Assembly: GCA_028280815.1 (NCBI GenBank)
Contig: JANQLC010000007.1
Coordinates: 15,037-79,036 of the forward strand
Length of the DNA: 64,000 bases
Reading direction: 5' to 3'
Source: Flavobacteriales bacterium
Lineage (GTDB): Bacteria > Bacteroidota > Bacteroidia > Flavobacteriales > JANQLC01
Of this stretch, positions 28,305 to 37,251 are shown in pieces. Both the position numbers and the translations under genes were made by a program. The notes below the pieces were generated by a model. That model made no database searches, was not told where the DNA came from, and worked only from the letters and a program-made list of their open reading frames with translations. Numbering within the stretch: the first letter of the stretch is position 1; every line of letters begins with the position of its first letter.

Positions 28305-29129
28305 ATGCAGTTAAAATTATCTGTTGTTATCAGCACGTATAATATGCCGGAGTGGCTGGAAAAGGTTTTGTACGGTTACGAAAACCAGTGCTTCAAGTCC
28401 TTTGAGCTGCTGATAGCAGACGATGGTTCTGCGGTGGAAACCGAGCTGCTAATAGACGGGTTTAAAAAACGGAGCACGCTCATCCTAAAGCACGTATGGC
28501 AACCCGATAAGGGATTCCGAAAATCTGAGATACTGAATAAGGCTATCGCAAAAGCGCAGTCCGACTACCTCGTCTTTTCAGATGGTGATTGTATTCCAAG
28601 ATCTGATTTTCTAAGGGTTCACTACGAGAAGCGCAGGGGAAATCACTTCGTGTCAGGCGGCTATTTCAAGTTGCCCTTGAACCTATCGAAATCCATTTCA
28701 AAAGCCGATATTGATGCACAGCGCTGCTTTGATTTGGCTTGGTTGAAACAGCGGGGTTTAAAGAAATCCTTTAAGAATAATAAGCTGAGTAAAAACCGTC
28801 GATGGACTCGCTTTTTAGATCAGGTAACTCCAACAGAGGCAACTTGGAACGGTCACAACGCCAGCGGTTGGAAGTCCGATATTGTAGCGGCCAATGGTTT
28901 TGATCAGCGAATGCGTTATGGTGGTCAAGACAGGGAGCTCGGAGAGCGGATGATGAATGGGGGGATAAAAGCCATTCAGGCTCGGTATTCGGCTATATGC
29001 CTACACTTAGACCACGCCAGGCCCTATGTTGACAAAACCGATCTCAGCAGCAATATGAAGATAAGGCGGGAAGTCAAAGCCGCGAGAAAGACCTTCACCC
29101 CCTACGGTATTGAAAAGCGCGACTCGTAG
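28305..29129 (+). CDS. Family-2 glycosyltransferase
   Basis: 274 aa. It has the GT-A N-terminus LSVVISTYNMPEWL..LLIADDGS and a DGD motif (VFSDGDCIP). It is divergent from the interrupted GT2. Confidence 0.8.
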   Translation: MQLKLSVVISTYNMPEWLEKVLYGYENQCFKSFELLIADDGSAVETELLIDGFKKRSTLILKHVWQPDKGFRKSEILNKAIAKAQSDYLVFSDGDCIPRSDFLRVHYEKRRGNHFVSGGYFKLPLNLSKSISKADIDAQRCFDLAWLKQRGLKKSFKNNKLSKNRRWTRFLDQVTPTEATWNGHNASGWKSDIVAANGFDQRMRYGGQDRELGERMMNGGIKAIQARYSAICLHLDHARPYVDKTDLSSNMKIRREVKAARKTFTPYGIEKRDS

Positions 29130-29267
29130 CTGTGGAATGTACGGTATTCGCGTGATTGGCGGATCGATGTATTGCGCGCCAGTTTCCATTATAAATTGAT
29201 TTGCCCTGGGTCAGGCTGTGATTCCATTTTGCAATTGCAATCGGTTCCCGATATATTTGCAGGCAGT

Positions 29268-29681
29268 ATGTCACGAATTATCGGGATAGATTTTGGTAGA
29301 AAGCGCGTGGGTCTGGCCATTACAGATCCCATGCAGCGCATCGCCTCGGGATTGACAAGTGTTTCTGCCGATGCGATTTTTTCGTATTTGGCATCCTATC
29401 TCCAGTCTGAAGCGGTGGCGTGCTTTGTCGTGGGTTTGCCGCGACAGATGAATTACGAGTGCTCTGAAAGCGAGCCGTATATTTTGGAATTTATCGAAGA
29501 CTTGAAAGCGCATTTTCCCGATATTCCCGTGCGGCGGGTCGATGAGCGTTTTACATCCAAAATCGCTGTGCAGAGCATGATAGCGGGCGGCCTGAAGAAG
29601 GAGAAGCGCCGCGACAAGGCCTTGGTCGACGAGATCAGTGCGACCTTGATTTTGCAGAATTATTTGGAACAGAGGAAGTAG
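29268..29681 (+). CDS. ruvX: Holliday junction resolvase-like / pre-16S rRNA nuclease RuvX (YqgF)
   Basis: The internal Met at 29268 gives MSRIIGIDFGRKRVGLAITD.., the canonical YqgF N-terminus. Confidence 0.85.
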   Translation: MSRIIGIDFGRKRVGLAITDPMQRIASGLTSVSADAIFSYLASYLQSEAVACFVVGLPRQMNYECSESEPYILEFIEDLKAHFPDIPVRRVDERFTSKIAVQSMIAGGLKKEKRRDKALVDEISATLILQNYLEQRK

Positions 29682-29683
29682 CG

Positions 29684-30262
29684 ATGATCATACCCATCGT
29701 AGCCTATGGAGACCCGATTTTAAGGGAGAAAGCCGTCCGAGTGCCCGCGGATTACCCGGACCTGAAAAACCTGATCGCCGATATGTTTGAGACCATGTAT
29801 CACGCCTGCGGTGTGGGTTTGGCAGCACCGCAAATCGGAAAGCCCATGCGCTTGTTCATCGTCGATTTGACACCTTTTGCCGATGATGAGGCCCATGCCC
29901 ATATGAAAGGTTTTAAGCGGGTTTTTATCAATGCCGAAAAAATCGAAGAAAGCGGTGAAGACTGGAAGTTTAACGAAGGCTGCCTCAGCTTACCCACCAT
30001 TCGCGAAGATGTCGTGAGACCGGCCTCGATAACGCTCGCATACGACGATGAAAACTTCAACCGAAAACGCGAAACTTTTGACGGCCTGATCGCCCGGGTG
30101 TCGCAACACGAATACGACCATACGGAGGGGGTGCTGTTTACGGATAAGCTGTCACCTTTGAAGCGGCATTTGCTAAAGGGTAAATTGAATGACATCGCTA
30201 AGGGAAGCGTAGAGGTAACCTATCCCATGCGATTTCCACTCGGTGTAAAGCTGAGGCGGTAA
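29684..30262 (+). CDS. def: Peptide deformylase
   Basis: 192 aa. Motifs are GVGLAAPQ, EGCLS and QHEYDH. Confidence 0.93.
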   Translation: MIIPIVAYGDPILREKAVRVPADYPDLKNLIADMFETMYHACGVGLAAPQIGKPMRLFIVDLTPFADDEAHAHMKGFKRVFINAEKIEESGEDWKFNEGCLSLPTIREDVVRPASITLAYDDENFNRKRETFDGLIARVSQHEYDHTEGVLFTDKLSPLKRHLLKGKLNDIAKGSVEVTYPMRFPLGVKLRR

Positions 30263-30459
30263 ATCTATGCCCATACATGCCGGGTATAGCCGCATTGTAT
30301 ATAGGTGTGGTGCAGTCGGGAGTAGAGCACTTGAAGGGTCCCTGTCCATGCAGTTGGAATGCCTGGAGCTCGACAGCTCGCAGCTGTGATTTCGGATGAG
30401 AAGGGCCTTAGAAGGTGTCGTTGCGTCATGGGCGAGCAAATACCCTGATTTAAATAATC

Positions 30460-31359
30460 ATGGGAATGATAAAACGTATCGTACAGCTTATGCGATTGCA
30501 ACAGTGGGTTAAAAACGCCTTTGTTTGGGTACCTGCTTTTTTTGCTGGGATTTTCTTTCAAAAGGGTGTTGTTATCGATCTGGGCTTGGGGTTTTTGGCT
30601 TTTGGCTTGGTGGCGAGCAGCATTTACATATTCAATGATTGTAGAGATGTGGTGCAAGACAGGCTACATCCGGTGAAAAAATACCGCCCGTTTGCAGCTG
30701 GGACCTTAGATGGGAAATTCGCTTGGGTTTTGTGCCCAGTCCTTTTGGCGCTGGGCTTGTCTATGGGCTATGGCCTATCTCGCTTCGGGTTTTATATCTT
30801 GGTGACCTATTTTATTTTAAACCTGCTCTACACCTTTTTGATAAAGAAAATCGCGATATTGGATGTAGTCCTCATCGCCTTTGGTTTTATTCTCCGCGTG
30901 CTCTTTGGTGGGCAGATCGTCGGAGTTGCTCCATCCAAGTGGCTGATTTTGGTGACGTTTTTATTGGCGCTGTTTTTGGGTCTGGCCAAGCGCCGGGATG
31001 AATTTATCGTTTTTACAAAAGGGGCTAAAACCCGTGATTCGATAACGGGCTACAACCTATCTTTTTTGGATATTTCACTGGTATTCACCGCTTCCGTTAC
31101 TGCGGTTTCCTATTTGATGTACGTTGTTTCCGATGAGGTAACGCATCGCTTTCAGACGGATTATCTGTATGTTACGGCTATTCCGGTAATCGTCGCTTTA
31201 ATGCGCTATTTGCAACTTTCAATGGTGTTTGAAAATACGGGCTCACTGATTCAAGTCTTGCTGCACGACCGGTTTACGCAATTCCTCGTCGTCATTTGGA
31301 TTGCCCTGTTTTTTCTCATTATTTATGTGGATGCTTTGAAAAAATGCCTTTTCGTATGA
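30460..31359 (+). CDS. UbiA-family prenyltransferase, decaprenyl-phosphate phosphoribosyltransferase-like
   Basis: 299 aa with about 8 TM helices. The N-terminus is LMRLQQWVKNAFVW. The Asp-rich motif is NDCRDVVQDRLHPVKKYRP (NDxxDxxxD). A second acidic region lies near KRRDEF. Confidence 0.8.
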   Translation: MGMIKRIVQLMRLQQWVKNAFVWVPAFFAGIFFQKGVVIDLGLGFLAFGLVASSIYIFNDCRDVVQDRLHPVKKYRPFAAGTLDGKFAWVLCPVLLALGLSMGYGLSRFGFYILVTYFILNLLYTFLIKKIAILDVVLIAFGFILRVLFGGQIVGVAPSKWLILVTFLLALFLGLAKRRDEFIVFTKGAKTRDSITGYNLSFLDISLVFTASVTAVSYLMYVVSDEVTHRFQTDYLYVTAIPVIVALMRYLQLSMVFENTGSLIQVLLHDRFTQFLVVIWIALFFLIIYVDALKKCLFV

Positions 31360-31499
31360 AAAGATGGCTTGTAAATCGGGGCAATCACTCGGTGGTAGCG
31401 ATGGAACAATCCGTAGAAACGGGGGTGTGTAAGGTGGATATGACGATGCGTTGTGTTGCTGATCAGACATATACCAGCGGGCATTTCTAAAAGATTGAA

Positions 31500-32090
31500 G
31501 TGGTGAAGCCCAATCTCGTCGTCTTTGATTTTGATGGCACCTTAACCCATGGGGATTCACTCTTGGCGTTTATCCGCTTTGTAAGGGGGGACCTCCCTTT
31601 TTATCTCGGGTTTTTGCAATTGTCTCCCTTTGTGCTGTGTTATTATCTGAGGTTGATCTCCAATCGCGATTTAAAGCAAAGGGTGCTCAGACACTTTTTT
31701 AAAGGGCTAAAGCAGGAGCGCCTTGAGGAAATGGGGATCGCCTTCTTTCAATCTGTTAGGGGCTTCTTCGTCAAGGAGAAAGTCGAGGAAAAACTGTTGA
31801 CTTACCAGACGAGAGGCGATGTAGTCGTCGTCGTTTCGGCCTCTTGTGCCGAATGGGTCAAGCCCTTTACCGATTATTGGCAGGTGCGTTTTATCGGTAC
31901 CCAACTCCAGTATAGGTCGGGTGCCTTTACCGGAAATATCCGGGGTAAAAATTGCTACGGTGCAGAAAAGCGCAAGCGGCTTGGCCAAAGCTATGACTTT
32001 GAAAAATTTGATAAAAAGATTGTCTTCGGCGACAGCCGCGGCGATCGAGCCTTGGCTGCCTGGGCAGATGAGTTTACTCGGGTGGGGTGA
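31500..32090 (+). CDS. HAD-IB family phosphatase
   Basis: 196 aa from a GTG start. HAD motif I is VVFDFDGTLT. The C-terminal motif is GDSRGD. Confidence 0.75.
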   Translation: MVKPNLVVFDFDGTLTHGDSLLAFIRFVRGDLPFYLGFLQLSPFVLCYYLRLISNRDLKQRVLRHFFKGLKQERLEEMGIAFFQSVRGFFVKEKVEEKLLTYQTRGDVVVVVSASCAEWVKPFTDYWQVRFIGTQLQYRSGAFTGNIRGKNCYGAEKRKRLGQSYDFEKFDKKIVFGDSRGDRALAAWADEFTRVG

Positions 32091-33585
32091 CCTTGTAAAC
32101 CCAATAGGTTTTCGGAATGGATAAGAGCGGTTTAAAAATATGCGGGTTCAGTTTGAACTTCTCCAGAAAATTTTTATCTGCAACCACATAGTCAAAGTGG
32201 TTTTGGATGCAGAATGCATTGATCCATTTGCGATCTGCTGGCCTTATCATGAGGGCTGCATTGAAAGTCGAAGCGACATCGTAGTCTGTAAGCCTGGGAT
32301 TGAAAGCAATCGAGGTGGGCGCTAAAACTCGGCTACCCTTGGGAATGGTTTGGTTTACCATCTTATAAACGCGGTATATATCGGTGTTTTTTTTGAAGAT
32401 AAAGTAAGTGCATTGGTAAATGGCCATGGAGAAGCTGCAACCTAAGACCAGGATGGCGATGTAGTGGGTGTAGTCTTTTCTGGAAAGCGCTATTGAAATT
32501 GCATAAGCGATTAAAACAAGGGCGTATGGATATAGGTAAATGTTGTAGAATAAGCCGCTTTTTGAAAGGAAAAAGAGCGCGAAGATCAGTATGGCCAAGT
32601 AGCGGACTTCAGCCTTTACAGCTGTAATATTATGGCGAACTAGAAAATACAAAGTCAAAATAAGGGGAATGCTGTAGGCCAGTTCACGGCTACTTCTAAA
32701 AAATAGGGTGTTTAACTTTCTCCATGTGATGTGGAAAGGAAGGGAATTTCTGATGTAGCCACTATTTACTGTAGCGGGATGTATGTTGAGCCTTTCCCAC
32801 CAGCTCAGGTAGGCGTGATCGTAAACCACGTCGACAAAATAGAACAGGCAGATCGAAGCCCCCAGGCCAAAGAGTAAAACAGACCTAAAATTCTTGTGGT
32901 ATAAAGCGATATAAATCACACCGGCTAGTATGAAGACCAGCGCGTTTAAGTGGAATAATACCGCTATGCCGGCAAAGAGCCCGGCGAGGAGGAATGATTT
33001 TTTCCCGCGTTGTACTTTCAAATGCCGGAACGATAGATAGCCGAAAAGCGCTACTGCGATTTCTGGCCGATAGGTGAAGGATATATAGATCAAATTGGGT
33101 AGCGCCAGAAAGTAAAACAACAGGATTAAAATCGATGTATGCTTATGCGGTAGTCGATTCCGATAATCGTATAAAACGATGCCGATTAGCGCGATGTAAG
33201 CAGCTAAGCTTATGGATTTTAAGAGATAGGGGTTGAAGTGGCCGATCAGGTAGATCAGCAAGCCGCCCAACCAGATGAATAGTTTGTGATATACGTAGAT
33301 TGGTGTTCCCCCCATGCCAAACTGCTGGTAGTAGAGCTCGAAGAGCCTGGTCTTTACCCTGCCACAGTTTGCCATGGCATGGGCTTGTTCGCCCAGCCAA
33401 CCGTCGTCTGCGTAGATAAACCGGTGGTACAAGCTCCATAGGAAGAAAATCGCCAATAGGTAGATCAGAATTTTTAAGGCGGTTTCACTATTTAGGGTGG
33501 GTCGTTTTGTCTTGCTCACAGCGCGCTGTTTTTGAATGGGCAAATATAAAAGGATTATGAATGCTTTAATCGCCTCGTATGACAT
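32074..33585 (-). CDS. Polytopic membrane glycosyltransferase, GT-C fold (ArnT/PMT-like)
   Basis: 503 aa with about 11-12 TM helices. An acidic motif (FIYADDGW) sits in the first extracytoplasmic loop, as in GT-C enzymes. A ~90-aa soluble tail follows. The gene is convergent with the HAD gene and overlaps it by 17 nt. Confidence 0.6.
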   Translation of the reverse strand: MSYEAIKAFIILLYLPIQKQRAVSKTKRPTLNSETALKILIYLLAIFFLWSLYHRFIYADDGWLGEQAHAMANCGRVKTRLFELYYQQFGMGGTPIYVYHKLFIWLGGLLIYLIGHFNPYLLKSISLAAYIALIGIVLYDYRNRLPHKHTSILILLFYFLALPNLIYISFTYRPEIAVALFGYLSFRHLKVQRGKKSFLLAGLFAGIAVLFHLNALVFILAGVIYIALYHKNFRSVLLFGLGASICLFYFVDVVYDHAYLSWWERLNIHPATVNSGYIRNSLPFHITWRKLNTLFFRSSRELAYSIPLILTLYFLVRHNITAVKAEVRYLAILIFALFFLSKSGLFYNIYLYPYALVLIAYAISIALSRKDYTHYIAILVLGCSFSMAIYQCTYFIFKKNTDIYRVYKMVNQTIPKGSRVLAPTSIAFNPRLTDYDVASTFNAALMIRPADRKWINAFCIQNHFDYVVADKNFLEKFKLNPHIFKPLLSIPKTYWVYKVTPPE

Positions 33586-33594
33586 GCGAGCGAA

Positions 33595-35469
33595 CTACTT
33601 CGCTATCAAAATCGGTATGGGGGTGATGTGGCGCAGGCGGTTCACCGTTTCCCCGAAAAAGTAGTCGCGCCAGCTGCGGTGGCCATGGCTGCCGACGACC
33701 AACAAATCGCAGCTTTCCCCCGTGGCGACTCGTCTGATAAAGTCGCAGCGATTGCCGTATCCCAGTCGGGTTTTAACGGCCATCCCCAACGCTTCGATTC
33801 GCGCCTTGTAATGCTGCAGGTACACCTCGTCTTCGCGAAATTCCAAATCGTCGGGTTTGGAATCGGAATACACCGCTGCTGCGCTCTCGGCTACGTGGAT
33901 GAGAATGAAGGTGGTGTCGGCTTGCGAAAACTGTAAAGCGGTTTGAATTACCTTTTCATCATGAGTTGAAAAGTCCAGCGCCAAGCCGATTTTTTGTAAG
34001 CGGGTTCTAGGTGTATTCAAGTTCAAATCCAGCGGTTTGGGATGGATGGGTCTGCCCGTTCTCGCCGCTTTTTTGGTCTGCAGCAGCGGCCAAAGGGTCA
34101 CGGCTGCCATCAGGCCGATAAAACCCAGACCCAAAGCGATAAAGAGACCCTTTAGTTCGATGGAATCGGTTTGGATGAAGTATCCCATCAGGGAATCGAC
34201 CACCAATTTTAAGTTTAACCCTGCGATAACGGCTATGATGATCCAGCCTATTGCCTTCCAAAAGGCGTGAAGGGTGAATTCGCCCATGGTTTTCCGATCG
34301 CTCACGAAGTGGAGCAGTGGAATGATGGCAAAGGAGAGCTGTAGGCTCAACACCACCTGGCTGAGTATCAATAAGCCGTTTAACGACCGATCGCCAAATA
34401 GCAGCAGTGCGATCACAGCGGGTATGATGGCCAGCCCCCTGGATAGCAACCGCCTGGCTACTGGGCTGATGCGCAGTTGCAAATAGCCCTCCATGACGAT
34501 TTGTCCGGCTAACGTGCCGGTAAGCGTAGAGCTCTGCCCGGCGGCGATCAGCGCGATGGCAAATAGGATGGAAGCCCATCGGGTGCCGAGCAATGGTGCG
34601 AGCAAGCGCTGTGCATCGGCCAACTCGGCTATGTGCATGTACTCGGTATTGAAAAACACGGCACCCGCGAGGATTAAAATCGCCGCGTTGACCAAAAAGG
34701 CTAAGTTTAGTGCAATGGTGCTGTCCAGTAGGTTGAAGCGCAGTGCCCTTCTGATGGCTTTCGGTTGGCGCAGTGTTTTTCGGGATTGCACCAGCGCGGA
34801 GTGCAGGTATAAATTGTGGGGCATGACCGTAGCGCCTATGATGCCAATGCTGATGTACAGCGCCGCTGCATTGGGAATGCTCGGTTTGAGCCCCGAGGCG
34901 ATGGCTGAGAAGCTCGGTTTGGCCCAAAACAACTCCAGAAAGAAACAAACGCCGATGACGAGAATCAAGGCGATGATGAAAGCCTCTATCGTTCGTATGC
35001 CCAGTTTTTGCAGGTAAAAGATGAACATGGTGTCCAGCAAGGTGATCAGCACGCCCCATAGGAGTGGTAAGCCAAAGAGCATATTCAAACCGATGGCTAC
35101 CCCCAGCACTTCAGCTAAATCGCATGCGATAATAGCCAGTTCGGCTAAACCGTAAAGGATGTAATTCATCCCCCTCGGGAAGGTGGCCCGGTTGGCCTGT
35201 GCCAAATCCAGACCGCGGACGATTCCCAGCCGCGCGCTCAGGCTCTGCAAGAACAGCGCCATGAGATTGCTCACCAACAAGACCCAAAGCAATTTGTATT
35301 CAAATTGTGCCCCCCCAGCGACATCGGTAGCCCAATTGCCCGGATCCATATATCCCACGCTGACCAGGTAAGCCGGACCAAACCATGCCAAAAGCCTTTG
35401 CCAACCCTTTTTTTGGGTTTCCGGGTCAATGCTGGCATGAAACTCACTGAGGGATTTGTCTAGCTTCAC
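33595..35469 (-). CDS. mntH: Nramp-family divalent metal transporter fused to a C-terminal universal stress protein (USP) domain
   Basis: 624 aa. The Nramp signature is GYMDPGNWATDVAGG. The last ~140 aa (..FILIHVAES..LLVVGSHGHRSW..GETVNRL..IPILI) look like UspA. Confidence 0.85.
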   Translation of the reverse strand: MKLDKSLSEFHASIDPETQKKGWQRLLAWFGPAYLVSVGYMDPGNWATDVAGGAQFEYKLLWVLLVSNLMALFLQSLSARLGIVRGLDLAQANRATFPRGMNYILYGLAELAIIACDLAEVLGVAIGLNMLFGLPLLWGVLITLLDTMFIFYLQKLGIRTIEAFIIALILVIGVCFFLELFWAKPSFSAIASGLKPSIPNAAALYISIGIIGATVMPHNLYLHSALVQSRKTLRQPKAIRRALRFNLLDSTIALNLAFLVNAAILILAGAVFFNTEYMHIAELADAQRLLAPLLGTRWASILFAIALIAAGQSSTLTGTLAGQIVMEGYLQLRISPVARRLLSRGLAIIPAVIALLLFGDRSLNGLLILSQVVLSLQLSFAIIPLLHFVSDRKTMGEFTLHAFWKAIGWIIIAVIAGLNLKLVVDSLMGYFIQTDSIELKGLFIALGLGFIGLMAAVTLWPLLQTKKAARTGRPIHPKPLDLNLNTPRTRLQKIGLALDFSTHDEKVIQTALQFSQADTTFILIHVAESAAAVYSDSKPDDLEFREDEVYLQHYKARIEALGMAVKTRLGYGNRCDFIRRVATGESCDLLVVGSHGHRSWRDYFFGETVNRLRHITPIPILIAK

Positions 35470-35580
35470 AGCGGCAAAGTTAAAATTTTGGAAACAAGAA
35501 TTTTAGGGTAGTCTAAAAATTTTTGTGCAATTTTCGTTTTTCGGTTTCGTCGGGAGGGGATTAGGGGGCAATTCCTGTGC

Positions 35581-37179
35581 TTAGATGCTGATTCGAGACC
35601 GAATCGCGTTTACCAGGGCGTAGAGGAATAAAAGCGCAGCGATAAAAACGGCGATTCGGGCGATGTAATCCCCATGCGTGGTGTAAAATGTCTGCCGGCT
35701 TTGGATGCTGATGACACCGCTCAAGCTGCCGCGTGTACGGTAGTCGAGTCGCTTCTCGATGATGCCCCGTTCCGAGATGAAGGCCGAGACGCCCGTATTG
35801 GCCGATCGCGCTACGCTGCGCCGGTTTTCAATGGCGCGAAGTCGGGCATAAGCCAGGTGTTGTCGATAGCCTTGTGATTCTCGCCACCAGCCATCGTTGG
35901 TCATGATGCAAAGCCAATTGGCACCTCGCTTCACGTAGTCGGTGACGAACTCGCCGAAGACCGATTCAAAACAGATGATGGGTGCAGCTATGAAATCATT
36001 GGCCGTGTTTTTAAATACCGAGCGCGTTTTTTGACCGGCGAGTGAAGTGGATGTACCCCCCAAATCGATCATGCGGCTTCCGAGTATCTTCTCGGTCAGC
36101 GACCGGTATGGGATCACCTCGACCTCTGCGACCAGCTTCGACTTGTGATAGACTTGTAGATCGTCTTGTGCGTCGATTTGCAAAGCGGAATTAAAGTGCT
36201 GAAATCCGCCCGATCCATCGACAAATGAGTCGGCATCGTCGGGCAATCGCTTGGCATCGCGGTAAGTTTTTTGAAATTCCGCCCCCGTGATAAAAGCGGT
36301 TTGGGGGTGCTGCCGCGCAAAATCTTTGATGAGTTGGAGCGATGGATAGCCCATGGGAGCAGATAGATCTATGGGTTTGTTCAGCGCGGTCTCGGGTGCG
36401 ACGATATAGTCGAATCGGCCTGTGTCAGCGGGCTGACTCAGCTTTATTAAGTCTCGGACAACCTGCACATTGCGCTGGTGGAATTTTTCGGTATAGGGAT
36501 CCCAGTTGGGTTGTAGTGCCAAGATCCGCGCGCTTTGTGTAGCTTCTCGGTAATGGGAGAAGCGGTAAGTGGAAACCGCAATGGGCAGGCCTATTTTTAA
36601 AACGCAAAAGCACAGCCCGTGCACGAGATGGGTTTTGTCTTTGGTTTTGGAGAATTGTAAAAGAACTGTGAATACACCGGTATTGACCCACCAAACCCAC
36701 AGCGAACCCCCAAAGGTACCGGTGTATTCGTACCATTGTATCCATTTGGGATGCGCTGCAAAGCCATTTCCCAAGTTGAGCCAGGGCCAGGCGAACTCCC
36801 ATACCAAGTGCAGCTTTTCAAAGGCCAGCCAAGCGCATACCAAGAAGAGCAGGGCTAAGGCTGGCTTGGTTTTTCGCTTGGTAAAAGCATATAGCCAAAA
36901 GACCAGACTCATCAGCCAGGCATTGGCCAGCACGGTGAATAGTGCACCCACTACCGTGGCGTAATGCAGCCACCAGCTCGCCAAAAAATTCCAGGTGAAA
37001 AATGCGATATAAGCGAGTAGAAACACCTGGTACAAAGCAGCCCGCCTCACATATAGCTGATGTTCCACCCACAGCAGGGGGACAAACCCGATGAAGAGCA
37101 GCGGTGTCCAGCCACCGACCGGCCAAGACAGGTAGAGCAGTAATCCGCTGAGTATAGCGAGTGGGATCTTTGTCCGCAT
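35581..37179 (-). CDS. lnt: Apolipoprotein N-acyltransferase
   Basis: 532 aa. The N-terminal part is polytopic. The CN-hydrolase domain contains ICFES and a terminal TM helix. Confidence 0.85.
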   Translation of the reverse strand: MRTKIPLAILSGLLLYLSWPVGGWTPLLFIGFVPLLWVEHQLYVRRAALYQVFLLAYIAFFTWNFLASWWLHYATVVGALFTVLANAWLMSLVFWLYAFTKRKTKPALALLFLVCAWLAFEKLHLVWEFAWPWLNLGNGFAAHPKWIQWYEYTGTFGGSLWVWWVNTGVFTVLLQFSKTKDKTHLVHGLCFCVLKIGLPIAVSTYRFSHYREATQSARILALQPNWDPYTEKFHQRNVQVVRDLIKLSQPADTGRFDYIVAPETALNKPIDLSAPMGYPSLQLIKDFARQHPQTAFITGAEFQKTYRDAKRLPDDADSFVDGSGGFQHFNSALQIDAQDDLQVYHKSKLVAEVEVIPYRSLTEKILGSRMIDLGGTSTSLAGQKTRSVFKNTANDFIAAPIICFESVFGEFVTDYVKRGANWLCIMTNDGWWRESQGYRQHLAYARLRAIENRRSVARSANTGVSAFISERGIIEKRLDYRTRGSLSGVISIQSRQTFYTTHGDYIARIAVFIAALLFLYALVNAIRSRISI

Positions 37180-37251
37180 CTATCGGTTTGGGTGCAAAAC
37201 TAAGGTGTCTTTTCTTACAATTTTTAGTAATTTTGAAAAAAATATAAAAGC

